DNA of 64,000 nucleotides. Source: Sphaeroforma arctica JP610 (Eukaryota). The stretch covers positions 48,536 to 112,535 of the forward strand of contig NW_014040345.1 in the NCBI RefSeq assembly GCF_001186125.1, given 5' to 3'. Below, in pieces: positions 51,628-64,000 of this stretch (within the stretch, counting starts at the first letter, position 1; each line of letters begins with the position of its first letter). The notes under the pieces were generated by a model that was given only the letters and a program-made list of their open reading frames with translations, did no database searches and was not told the DNA's origin. Made by a program: the position numbers and the translations under genes.

Positions 51628-54600
51628 TATATGTATATTTATATTTATATATATATATACATATATATATATATTTATACAAACAAACATGTATGCATAT
51701 GCATATAGATATGCATCTAAATGTACATATTCGTACTCGTATTCGTGTACGTATACTACATGTACATATTTGTACACGTATTCGTGTACATATACGTATA
51801 CGTATACGTATGTTTATACATTTATATTTATATTCATACTTTTATTTTTACGTATATTTAATATATATATCTATCTATATATATATGTATACATATATAT
51901 ACATATATATATATATATTTACATATATATATACATACATTTATATATATATACACACATATATATATATATACACACATATATATATATATAACGCAAA
52001 ATACGTATGTTGTTCTGGCCTATATCTCTGCATGCATGGCATGTTTTCCTGCGTGAGTCATACAGCATTTGTATCATAGACTCGATACAGCTCTGCATGA
52101 AAGCCATCACTTAATGGTTCCACAATTATCAAAACTGCGCTTCTCGTTAGCATGATGTACTATTCGGTGCTCTCACATATGCACCTTTGCGCACTCACCA
52201 CCTTACAGACGAGTTTCCGGCCGCAGAACATGCAACTGCCACAAGCCTCACAGCCCACGACACAACAGAAGAATGTGATGCGTCCAGCTATGAGTGAACA
52301 GAAAGGACTGCCCACCACCCAGGGCGCTCGCTTTGTGGCCCCAGTGAAGGTTGTGGTGCCGAAGAAGCAGAAGAGCAGGGTAAGCAGTTGTGCGTGTAAT
52401 ATTGTGTGTGTGTAGGGTATGCAGTTGTGCGTGTGTTATTGTGTGTGTGTAGGGTATGCAGTTGTGCGTGTATTATTGTGTGTGTGTAGGGTATGCAGTT
52501 GTGCGTGTATTATTGTGTGTGTAGGGTATGCAGTTGTGCGTGTATTATTGTGTGTGTGTAGGGTATGCAGTTGTGCGTGTATTATTGTGTGTGTAGGGTA
52601 TGCAGTTGTGCGTGTGTAGGGTATGCAGCTGTGCGTGTATTACTGTGTAGGGTATGCAGTTGTGCGTCTATTATTGTGTGTGGGTAGGGTATGCAGTTCT
52701 GCGTCTATTATTTTGTGTGTGTGGGGGGTGTGCATTTGTGCGTCTATTATTGTGTGTGTGGGGTGTGCAGTTGTGTGTGAATGCTGTGTGTGTTTATTGT
52801 GTGGTGTGATGATGTTGCTATTTCGCTTGTGTTTATTGATGCTTCTGGGGACGTATGTAGTGTATGGATGTTGGTTGCCATTATCTTGTTGCTTGTAAAC
52901 GTTGCCAGTTGTCTTGCACAGTGTGGTGTTTAGAATTTATGTTCTTGTGTTTAGTCTGTAGCCTATACAAAGTGAAATATTTGATCTTTGGTGCTGGCTT
53001 TGTATCTGCACAATTCATTAGTGTCTTTTATGAATTTCTCCGTGTTGTCGACAAATATATATTAGTGGTACATCAGAGTCGAGTATGGTTTGAGTATGCT
53101 TGGCTTGGCAAAACTCTCATCTCTACAATACTGACAACATATTCTGCAACATAATCTCCAAACCCTAAACCATAAAATGTCAACTTTTTAAAACCTTGCA
53201 TCTCAAACCTAAACCCTAAAACCGTAAATGCAGATTGATCTTGAGCGCGCAACGCGGCGGGTATACGAGGAGTATGTGCACAACCCAGACATGGTCGAAG
53301 CACAACAGAGTATCAAAGACATGGACTCGCCCGACTTCCTCACGGACTACGTCACCATCACACTGACCCTGGCATTTGAAGACACGGAAATCAACCAGAA
53401 CAAGGCCTTTACCATGCTCAAGGGCTTGCACGCGGCTGGTACGTGGACGGAGAGTGTGTTGTGGGTGGAGTGCACTGTACCATATGTGTGTCGCAGTGGG
53501 CCATGTGAGTGGTATAGCGTATACAGGTGGTTATCTGGTGTTTTAGCTCGAGTTTAAGGCATCATCTGGTGGCACTTGTGGCTGATTGACCTTTTATTCG
53601 CATACTATAATATGTGTGTTCTACCATATCGGCCCATTCTTATTATAATGTTGCATGGATGTGCGTTAAGCCTCCTGGTGTACACACACAACATACATGT
53701 ACGTGTCCTGTACCACGGGCATATTTCGCTAAAGCACCAACTTATTACGCTCACCCCAAGCGTATCCTGACTATACACTCATGCTGTACACCCACAACCT
53801 ACGTCTGTGACAGAGTGCATCTCGTCTGACAATGTTAGCGCTGCCTTCAAAACGGTGCTGGATTCCATCGAGGACCTGCGCTTGGATGCTCCCAAAATCG
53901 ATCGGCTCATGGCGAATCTGAGCGTGCAACTGCTGCAGGCGAATATTATGACCTTCGCGGAGTTACTAAAGATGCTGAAAGGTATTTGTTGGCTAATTAT
54001 ATTATGGCTGCTGTTTTCAGCTTGTGATTCTGTTTTTATGTGCTGCTTCTTTGTACATATATCCCGTCATGTATGTGTTTGCTGTGTGCGCAAGTTGTGT
54101 GAAAGCCTGTATAGGAGTATTTTGATATAAACTTGGTTTGCGTATGTATATTTCCAGGCGGGGTGGTACTACACATGCGCAGGGAGCAGATTTTTCTTTT
54201 GCCTTATGCGTACCATTGCTATGTTATATGCGTATTACCGATATGTATTTTTGTTGCATGATAAACGTATCATACTTATGTCAAATGCTTATCCATGTCA
54301 GGTCATATGCGTACTATTGTTATGTATTTTTATATATATCATATACGTATCATTCTTATGTCCAATGCGTATCCATGTTTGTCATATGCGTACTATTGTT
54401 ATGTATTTTTACATATATTATATACGTATCATTCTTGTCAAATGTGTATCCATGTCATGTCATACGCGCATTATTGTTATACTCGATGGCCTTCAATGTG
54501 CCAGTTGCTTCCCCACACGTTCTCTCCTCGACTGTACTTTCCCATGACTGTTGCGTTGCGTTTCCTGTTCTAATCTTCAAAGCCATACCACCCGATCATC

Positions 54601-57329
54601 CACAGACGCGTCCTGCTACGAGGTGTTCTGGTTTGCGGTGCAGATGCTCGCTAAAAAACACCCCATCCAAACCTTCGTGGCCACACCGGCTACGGAGAGT
54701 GCGACTGAAGGGGAGGATAAATCCAAATTCGTTAAACGTGAACTCGTGACGGAGCATGTGAGTGAAGCGGAGGCTCAGCAGCGTGTGCGCACGCTGATCA
54801 AGGACAGTGCACTGGATGTGAAGACCATGATGCCCAACAGCAAGTGTAAGGAGACCGACTACTTCGCCCTTCTCAAGGCAAAGGTATGGCTGCCGCAAGA
54901 GACGCACAGGTCGCATCGTGTATGTTGTGTTGCGTCTGCACGCAAACGGACAGATACCATAGCGACCATTCTACACACAGTCACCATAGCAACCATTCTG
55001 AACACTCCCGTGGGTACTGGTTGGATGCATTTTATCCTATTGTCTAAATCCCAAACCCTAGATTCTAAACCCCACAAAATCCCTCATCCCGGTGTGCCTC
55101 CTTTTCGCAGGACCTTGGATTCCTCGAACCATTGTTGGAATTCGAGACGCGATTTGCCGATGCGGCGAAGACACAGTCGCCGGATGAGCTGACGCAATGG
55201 CTCAGTAACAGCGACAACATTCCAGCGGATGTGAAGAAGTCCGACGCCTTTGTCATCACTGTGTTCTCGACATTATTGGACCACATCTGCACACAGAGCA
55301 CCTTTGTGGCGGTTCTGCCGAAGAAGGACATGCAGGGCAGGGAGTTACAACAGGTATATATGCGGCCAAAACAGTACAATGACAGCATAAGGTCAAAACA
55401 GTACAATGACAGCATAGGGCCAAAACAGTAGAGATACTTCCAGCTGATGGTCACGAATAGACACAGAGAAAGGCACATGCACATACGTAGTAGCAGTGCA
55501 TTGCGGCTGGTTGTTTGCTGTTGTACGGCTCTACGGTCATAGAAAATGCCGTTGCTCTCGCATATGATACTTATAACAAACCCTGGTACACTCAAGATTG
55601 TATATACAAGTTATGAAAAGTCTAACGCTGTATCATCTTTACCAGGGTATTGCCCTTTTCTCTAATTGACATTGTCGATGTTCCTGTACTAGAAAATATA
55701 CTTGTGATTTCCGCACTATTCTACTTGAAATGTCTGTGCGCAGGAGTTGTACTTTTGTCCTTACAATACTATTGCCTCCTACTCACACTTTCTTGATTCG
55801 CTTGTGTGTAGTTTCGAAAGTATGCGCCGGTGCTGAAACATATCGTTGAAGATTCGGAGAAGAATCAGATGCTGGGCTTATACGCTGTGCAAGTGTTCTG
55901 CTATGAGAATAAGCACAGACTGGGTGACTTCATGCAGCGATGCTTCATGTGCCTCTACCGACTGGACGTGTGCGATGGAGAAGTCTTCATGATTTGGAAA
56001 GAGGTATCGGCTGATTAATAATATATATATACGCAAGTGCATGTGTTTGTTTTTATATATAGTGGTGTGTACCATTCTATCCGATAACAGATGCGGACGT
56101 TGTTCCGATCTTGACTTATCTTTGCTGTGTATTCATATGTTCAAGTACAACGAAGCAAATACCTCACAACACACACCAGCTATTAGCGTACAATTCGCAG
56201 TTTGCATTTGGTAATGGGTTCAATGCTCGCTCTCTCTCTTGGTCTTTGGTAATGAGTTCAAAACTCTCTCTCTCTTAGTCTTCTTAGTCTTTGGTAGTTG
56301 GTTTAGTACTATTTCATCGTGGTTAATTTTTGAGACAAGCATATGACTACTGGCAGGATCAACCAGGTAGCTATCTGAGATACAATTCATGTTTACAGAA
56401 TCTACTGCAAATTCTCAGTTCCACCACTATGCGCAATTGCATAGCGGTTTCATTTAAAACTATACAATATCTCCTTGAAAACATAAATTATGTTTAGGAT
56501 TGATAGCTGGCTGCAGTGCTAACGCTTCATTTTGCTTACTTTGTGGTACGACAGGACATCAATGATCAATATGAAGGCAAGGGTAACTCGCTCTTCCAGG
56601 TCAACGCGTGGCTCAATTGGCTGGAGGTGAGTGTTTCTAGCGTCTCTTGTGTATATTCTGTATCAGAGTTGTATTATTTTCTCGTTACCTACATCATATC
56701 TGTACATCGTATTATCACAGTCGCCACGAGGCATAGACATCTACGTAAAGTCAATTCATATGAATGCTATTTAAGCAAGACAATGCATATGAATGCTATT
56801 TATGCAAGACAATGCATGTGAATGCTATCTATGCAAGACAATGCATGTGAATGCTATCTATGCAAGACAAAGTAAGACAATCAGTATGAATGCTATTTAC
56901 GCAAGACAATCCGTATGAATGCTATTTACGCAAGACAATCCGTATGAATGCTATCTATGCAAGACAATGCATGTGAATGCTATCTATGCAAGACAATGTA
57001 AGACAATCAGTATGAATGCTATTTACGCAAGACAATCCGTATGAATGCTATTTACGCAAGACAATCCGTATGAATGCTATCTATGCAAGACAATGCATGT
57101 GAATGCTATCTATGCAAGACAAAGTAAGACAATCAGTATGAATGCTATTTACGCAAGACAATCAGTATGAATGCTATTTACGCAAGACAATCCGTATGAA
57201 TGCTATCTATGCAAGTCAATACAGAATGCTATTTAATCAAGTCAATCCATATGAATGCTAACGAAATATATTGCTCATCTCTTATGGCAGGACGAAATGA
57301 ATGAATCGTCAGATGAAGAGGAGGATTAG
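48403..57329 (+). CDS. EIF4G2: eIF4G2 / DAP5 / NAT1-type translation initiation factor (MIF4G-MA3-W2), multi-exon; 5' exon(s) not resolved
   Basis: MIF4G exons VLNKLT..LLEVG (~48403), KACDEPHFSPLYA..VPNFD (~48754), KMLGNIKFIGELGK (~49064-49300), ECLCKL..LDHEKA..LPARI (~49790), FMLQDVADLRANKWQPR (~50656). MA3-like exons near 53234 and 53813. W2 end GKGNSLFQVNAWLNWLE (~56555-56627) plus DEMNESSDEEED-stop (57291-57329). These motifs fit DAP5 rather than eIF4G1. Confidence 0.9.
52378..52790. repeat. Intronic minisatellite (~33-38 bp unit) starting at a splice donor
   Basis: TAGGGTATGCAGTTGTGCGTGTATTATTGTGTGTG repeated about 10 times. Confidence 0.9.
56323..56369 (-). pseudogene. Fragment of the 18S rRNA 5' end (~47 nt) in an eIF4G2 intron
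   Basis: Reverse complement reads TACCTGGTTGATCCTGCCAGTAGTCATATGCTTGTCTCAAAAATTAA, the universal eukaryotic SSU rRNA 5' terminus. Confidence 0.92.
56757..57262. repeat. Intronic minisatellite (~29 bp unit)
   Basis: ATGAATGCTATTTACGCAAGACAATCCGT and variants, about 16 copies. Confidence 0.92.
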
Positions 57330-57474
57330 ATATTCGCGCCCACTTATTGCAGTACCCGTTTCATAGCTATGTCACTGTCAAAACCTTATTAAAGCTTAGC
57401 ACTAGTATTACCGAACCTTCAAGATGAATGCCACTTTTTCTCAATAATTTTTTTTTGAGGGGGGTGGGAGAAGG

Positions 57475-57864
57475 TATTAAGGAATGATTTGATAGAACTA
57501 TTGAGATATTAAGGGATGTTGTGCTAACACAGTATTTGAGGTATTAAAATAATACATTAACACCATTGAGGTACTAAAATATGATATGCATTAGCACTTA
57601 AGGTATTAAGAAATGTTATACGTTCACACCATTGAGATATTAAAATATGATATTCATTAACTCTATTAGTGTATTAAGGATAATATACATTAACACCATT
57701 GAGATATTAAAAAATGATATTCATATGATATTCATTAACACTATTAGTGTATTAGGGATAATATACATTAACACCATTGAGATATTAAAAAATGATATTC
57801 ATAAACACTATTAAAGTTTTAAGGAATAATATAAATTAACAACATTAAGTTTCAGCCTTGCGAT

Positions 57865-57909
<45 letters not shown>

Positions 57910-60455
57910 TGATGGAGTCATATAATCAACTGCCACCAATCCCTAGTCGGCATAGTTTATGGTTAAGACTACGACGCTATCTGATCGTCTTCGATCCTTT
58001 AACTTTCGTTCTTGATTTAACCCTTAAGGTATTAAGGAATAATATACATTAACACCATTGAGGGATTAAAAAATGATATTAATCAACACCATTAAGGTGT
58101 TCAGGATTGATATACATTCACACCATTGAGGTATTAAAAAATGATATTAATCAACACCATTAAGGTGTTCAGGATTAATATACATTCACACCATTGAGGT
58201 ATTAAAGAATGATATTCATTAACACTATTAAGGTATTGAGGAATGATATACATTCACACCATTGAGGTATTAAAAAAAGATATTCATTAACAGTATTAAT
58301 GTATTGAGGAATGATATACGTTAACACCATTGAGGGATTAAAATATGATATTCATTAACACTACTAATGTAATAAGGAATGATATTCATTAACACCATTG
58401 AGGGATTAAAAAATGATATTCATTAACACTATTAAGGTATTAAGGAATAATATACTTTAACACCATTGAGGTATTAAATAATGATATTCATTAATATTAT
58501 TGAGGTATTAAGGAATGATATACGTTCACACCATTGAGGTATTAAAAATGCTATTCATCAACACTATTAATGTATTGACGAATGATATACATTCACACCA
58601 TAGAGATATTAAAAAATGATATTCATTTAACACTATTAATGTATTGAGGAATGATATTCATTAACACCATCGAGGAATTAAAAAATGATATTCGATAACA
58701 TTACTGAGGTATCATGGAATGATGTACATTAGCACCATCGAGGTATTAAAACGTGATATCCATTAACACTATCGAGATATTAAGAAACGAAACGCATCCT
58801 GTTACACTATTGTGGTATTAAAAATTACTTTTTATTAACACTATTATGGTATCAAGGAATGTTATGTATTAATATTATTGAAATACCAGAGAATAACATG
58901 CATTAATACTATTGAGGTATTAAGAAATTATACACATTAACACTATTGAGGAATTAAGACATAGTAGGCATAATCACTATTGAGGTGTTATTAATGATAT
59001 GCATCAACACTATTGTGATATAAATGAATGGGATGCATTAGCACTATTGAAGTATCAAGAGTTGATATTCATCAACACTATTATGGGTTTAAGAAATCAT
59101 ATACATCAACACTAATATAGTATTAAGGTATGATATGCATTAACACTACCAAGATATCAAAAATGATATGCATGAACCCTATTGAATTATCATGGAATGA
59201 TAGGCATCCATAACTATTGAGTTATTAAGAAACAATAGACATTATCAGTATTGAGATATTGTTGAATGATATGCATTAACACTAATGATGTATTAAGAAA
59301 TGATATGCATTTTGAGGTTTTAAAAATTGATACGCATGAACACTATTGAGATCTCATGGAATGATAGGCATAAATAACTATTAAAGTATTAAGAAATAAT
59401 GGACATTAGCAGTATTGAGATACTATTGCATGATATGCATTAACACTGACGATGTATTATGAAGTGATATGCATTTTGAGGTTTTAAAAATTGATATGCA
59501 TGAATTGGGTTATCATGGAATGATAGGCATAAATAACTATTGAAGTATCAAGAAATATTAGACATTAGCAGTATTGAGATATTGTTGAATCATATGCATT
59601 AACACTGATGATGTATTATGAATTGATATGCATTTTAAGGTTTTAAAATTGACATGCATTAACCTTATTGGGATATCATGGAATGATGGGCATAAATAGC
59701 TATTGAGGTATTAAGAAATAATAGACATTAGCAGTATTGAGATATTATTGAATGATATGCATTAACACTATTACACGATTGGGGTTTAAAAAATGATATA
59801 CATTAACGCTGTTGAGGTATCAAGGAATGATATTCATTAACACTATTGAAGTATTAAAAATGATATGCATTAACACTAAGGACGTATAACGATGATATGC
59901 AAGAACACTACTAGGTAAATAGTAAAAAATGATACTTATCAACACTATTAAGGTATTGAAAAATGATATGCATTAACACTAAGGACGTATAACGATGATA
60001 TGCAAGAACACTACTAGGTAAATAGTAAGAAATGATGCTTATCAACACCATTAAGGTATTAAAAAATGATATGCTTTAGCACTAAGGACGTATAACGATG
60101 ATATGCAAGAACACTATTAAATAAATAGTAAGAAATGATGCTTATCAACACTATTGAAGTATTAAGAAATGATATGCATTAGCACTAAGGACGTAAAACG
60201 ATGATAAGCAAGAACACTATTAGGTACATAGTAAGAAATGATGCTTATCAACACTATTGAGGTATTAAGAAATGATATGCATTAACACTAAGGACGTATC
60301 ACAATGATATGCAAGAACACTACTAGGTAAATAGTATGAAATTATGCTTATCAACACTATTGAGGTATTAAGAAATGATATGCATGAACACTAAGGACGT
60401 ATAATGATGATATGCAAGAACACTATTAGGTAAATAGTATTAAGAAATGATATGC
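57475..60455. repeat. ~3-kb AT-rich degenerate satellite (~34 bp monomer)
   Basis: AACACTATTGAGGTATTAAGAAATGATATGCATT-like monomers; unique ~170-bp interruption at ~57850-58020. Confidence 0.92.
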
Positions 60456-61323
60456 TGACGGACTATTGATATGTTCAAGAATGGTGTTATTACGGACTTT
60501 TGAGATGTTTAGGAATGATTTTCAGTTCTTGTCAGATTATCAAGGATAGGGAGTCCGTTAACTATAAGTGTGGTCGGTTGGCCCGATGTAGTCTTGGACT
60601 ACGCACCATAGTTTCTTCACTACCGGAGTGGTTGCGGTGAACCGTTTGTGCATCCAAAAGGCAGCATTTGTGTCCGTGCTATTAGGGGGGAATTGCCAAG
60701 TATATTTGTGAAACAATATCCATTGGCCAATAGAAAGTGCTGTACTATCAACTGTAGTTATCAGGTGTGTGGTCTGCGTTGCTATCAAGCTCTCACACGT
60801 GTTGCTGGCACGTGGTGTTCATCAATTATTCACTAGTGTATTCTCCATGCACGTATTTCTAAACACCATCTACCTCGCAATCGTTATACATAGACGGAGA
60901 AGACATTTACACGGTATACATCGCATACGATGCGCAAAACTCCGCAAGACTAGATCAAACTGCTGCAATCGGTCGAGTCTTAGCCAATTATCCAGAGTGT
61001 GCGCTGCTTCCCTGCCTTGTCGCTCACCTGTCTCTACGTAGTACATGCTCCATGTACTGCTTAGTACATGTTCCATGTACTGTGTATTACATGCTTCTTG
61101 TACTGCGTAGTACATGTTCCTGAGGGCAAGGTTTGCGGGTTCGTGGTAACAAGTGCGGTTAGAATGCAAGTGTTGGTGTGATTTCAAAAAGGTGTTGTCC
61201 TCACTGACCCGCAAACAAATCGGGGCACGCCCCTGCCTTAGCCCGATATCGATATAGCATAGAGGACTAAAGGAATCAACACTTGCGCGGATGACTTGAA
61301 AGTTTCATATGCTTTCTCTCCTG

Positions 61324-61355
<32 letters not shown>

Positions 61356-61454
61356 CACCCGAGAACCGCTTATCAGCCTCCATCATTTAACACAAAACGA
61401 TTTAATTTTAACTTTTAATCCTTTTAGCTACGAGTTCGTTTGTACTGCGCTTAT

Positions 61455-62933
61455 TTATGCGTTTCCAAACATAGCCTCAATGTCTCCAATGGTCTTGCCC
61501 TTGGTCTCGGGTACAAAGAGGACGGTGTAGACGACCACCAATGCACAACACACAGCGAACGGCAAGAACGAATACTCGTCCAGGGCATCGTTCATGAGGG
61601 GGTACACCAACCCAATCACAAAGGTGAACAGCCAATTGACTACCACCACCACAGACTGACCGGCAGACGACACCTTGGTGGGCAGCAGCTCCGCAGCCAT
61701 CATCCAGGGGATGGGCCCAGGACCCACGGCGAAGAAGGCCACACCCACAAGCACAAAGATCACCGACGGCCACTGCCACTCGAAGATAAGCGCTACCACA
61801 AACATGATGTGCATGACTCCCTGACCTCCGAAACCGCCAATCAGTAGTATTTTACGACCGGCCTTTTCGATGATGGGGATGGCAGGGAAGGTCGCGACCA
61901 CATTGAACGCAGAGACCATGATGGTGGCTACTTCAGCGTTGGTCATGCCGGCGCTGGCAAAGATGGTGTTGGAGTAGAACATGACAGCATTGATACCTGA
62001 CAACTGCTGTCCAGTCATGAGCACGATGGCGATTGTCGCCTGTTTGATGTAGGATTTGGAGAACAGGATCCTGAACTGCTCAGCCAAACCAACCTCACCG
62101 TCTTCTTCTGCAGCCTTTTGGGCAGCAAGGAATTCATCCAACTCAGCCGTAGCGTCGTAGTCGACACCACGGAACTTGGTCAGGGCTACTTTTGCCTGGG
62201 TGTCTTTTCCCTTCTCAAACAAGAACTTGGGGGAATCAGGCAGGAAGAACATCACCACAATGTGGATACCCGAGAATACCACGGGAGAGCCCCACAGAAT
62301 CCACCATAAACTGGGGTTTCCAAACACCGACTGCATACCTAGAACATTGGCAACAAGAATTCCAACGGTGATAAAAAGCTGGTGGAATACACCGAATGCT
62401 CCTCGTACGTGCACTGGTGCAATGTCATTGTTGTAGATGGGTACACAGTTACAGCACAGACCAGAGGCTACTCCCAGGACGATACGCCCAGCCATCATGA
62501 CACCATAGTTTGGTGCAAAAGCCATGATGAAGCCAGCAGCAATGAATACAACATCGGTGATAAGGGATGAGAGTTTGGGTCCCAGCATCTTGACCAGGGT
62601 GCCACCGGCCAAACCACCGATCATTCCTCCGACTGCGAATAAGGACAGAATCCAACTGAACTGATCTGATGTGATGGGCGGGTCGAACGTGGCGGGTTCC
62701 CCAGGGAACAAATCTCCCGTACCATCGTACGTCATGGCAGGCGAACTATTATTAGGCATACCGATACCACAACCGAAAATGAATGACTGCAACGACATGA
62801 TAATCGCAGCGCCAAGCACCAACCCGGTCATGGGCTGCTTGGGCATGCCGGTCTCAACAGCATCATCCAAACTTATATCATTTTTCTCATCTTGTAGATT
62901 GGGATCTGATGACAAACCAACGGTAGACTCCAT
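61455..62933 (-). CDS. MFS sugar porter (GLUT/SLC2A-like), single exon, ~492 aa
   Basis: Multiple hydrophobic helices; GRIVLG, RGAFGVFHQLFIT, PDSPKFL, QQLSGINAVMFYS, GRK, GPGPIPW, PETKGKT. ATG at 62933. Confidence 0.95.
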   Translation of the reverse strand: MESTVGLSSDPNLQDEKNDISLDDAVETGMPKQPMTGLVLGAAIIMSLQSFIFGCGIGMPNNSSPAMTYDGTGDLFPGEPATFDPPITSDQFSWILSLFAVGGMIGGLAGGTLVKMLGPKLSSLITDVVFIAAGFIMAFAPNYGVMMAGRIVLGVASGLCCNCVPIYNNDIAPVHVRGAFGVFHQLFITVGILVANVLGMQSVFGNPSLWWILWGSPVVFSGIHIVVMFFLPDSPKFLFEKGKDTQAKVALTKFRGVDYDATAELDEFLAAQKAAEEDGEVGLAEQFRILFSKSYIKQATIAIVLMTGQQLSGINAVMFYSNTIFASAGMTNAEVATIMVSAFNVVATFPAIPIIEKAGRKILLIGGFGGQGVMHIMFVVALIFEWQWPSVIFVLVGVAFFAVGPGPIPWMMAAELLPTKVSSAGQSVVVVVNWLFTFVIGLVYPLMNDALDEYSFLPFAVCCALVVVYTVLFVPETKGKTIGDIEAMFGNA

Positions 62934-63683
62934 GTTGGCGAACTTGTTACAATATAAAACACAAATAGACAACTTCTGAAGTAACTTGTGGATACGTCTT
63001 CAGCTATATACGTGTGAAGGTGAACTCCATCAGAGTAGTAGAGTTACACATGATAGATATCAATATTTAGATATTTACAGAAGATTGTAAACAATTAATA
63101 ACAATTAAAAGAACAATTAGGTCCACTCAATTGGCCGTCAGGTTCAACTCCAATACATTAATACACAGCTCTAATAGTTTAGACCTAAAGTCCTAAACTG
63201 ATTCAGCAAGGTAGCTTTTTCGGCACCAAATTTTATAAAAAAGGTTCTATGTATAGGTATCTGGGTCTAGACTCTAGACTCCAGTCGCTCTAATATTTGT
63301 TTAGGTCGACGGGTCTTCGTCTTGTGACTTTCATTTTTTTTTCTTCTCAATTTTTGTTTTAAAGGGGGGTTTTTTAAAAATTAGAATCTCAGCATTTTCA
63401 TTCCATACTCAAAGAGAGAGAGAAGAGAAAAAGTTGTTTCTAACGAAGAGCTTCCGATACTCATAGGCTGAGAGATTTGCCTTATACGGTGCAATAATTT
63501 ACATTTTATCCCAAACACCAGGCAAATGGTCGACTGATCGAGTGATCGTAGCTGTCTTTTTTAGGAAGCTGCTGATATAGTGATGGGGCTGAGTCGTGAG
63601 AGTGCTGAACTGCTGCTGACTGCTAACTTTCTTTTCTGGTTTGCAGACTGTGGCCTGGGGCCCTGGGCTCACTAAACGATTTT

Positions 63684-63780
63684 TTTTAGGGTTTTAGGGT
63701 TTTTAGGGTTTAGGGTTTATCCCCAAACCCTAAACCCTAAAACCCTATAAAAAACCCCTAAACCCCTAAAACCCTAAAAC
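63684..63780. repeat. Interstitial head-to-head telomere-like array
   Basis: Four T(3-7)AGGG units, then TTTATCCCC, then about six CCCTAAA(A)-type units. Confidence 0.88.
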
Positions 63781-64000
63781 TATGTACTATGTATTTAGCT
63801 CTACTTTCACACTCTCTCTACTAAATAACATATTTAGCTATTTGGCTAAAAAGTAGAGAGTTAAGTTGTAAATAGAGGCTGTCTCTGAGTCTGGGGCCCT
63901 GGGCCCACTCGTTTGTGTAAGTTGCAATCTTGGCCTTGAATTTTATTTAGACTGTGGCCTGTGGCCCTGTGACGCTGTGCCGCAGTGTCCTGTGGCCTGT

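Noticed and set aside
47605..54749. Y/I/H/C/V-rich ORFs
   Set aside because: Translations of (TA)n/(CA)n microsatellites and minisatellites in introns.
56323..56369. Functional rRNA gene
   Set aside because: Only ~47 nt; the 18S sequence does not continue.
56757..60455. CRISPR-like regular ~29-34 bp repeats
   Set aside because: Units are contiguous and degenerate with no unique spacers, no cas genes, eukaryotic context: satellites.
60558..61214. Possible non-LTR retroelement C-terminal relic
   Set aside because: No diagnostic motif could be identified.
63684..64000. True chromosome end
   Set aside because: Array is short, inverted and followed by non-telomeric sequence.

Overview
Eukaryotic genomic DNA with three short N gaps. 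The intron-rich host genes (a DAP5-type eIF4G2 and a class-I-GLUT-like transporter) suggest a holozoan or animal relative; this is inference. Three zones. (1) 1-~15.5 kb: a gene-dense, intronless, decaying endogenous giant-virus (Nucleocytoviricota) segment that runs off the left edge. It carries PolB, an SF1 helicase, an mRNA capping enzyme, a GT32 glycosyltransferase, an A32 packaging ATPase with a mini-intein in its Walker A, an L1R-like myristoylated membrane protein and orphan genes. (2) ~15.5-33 kb: a Ty3/Gypsy LTR retrotransposon whose pol carries a DIRS-type N6-adenine methyltransferase domain (IDMFA...NPPW) between RNase H and a DDE integrase, followed by TE relics. (3) 33-64 kb: host genes BRE1 (-), eIF4G2/DAP5 (+) and an intronless sugar porter (-), with minisatellites and a short 18S rRNA 5'-end fragment. 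Short, imperfect telomere-like T(2-5)AGGG patches occur throughout. Three sit exactly on lesions in viral genes and two are head-to-head, suggesting telomerase-assisted break repair. All calls come from motif recognition by eye; no searches were run.
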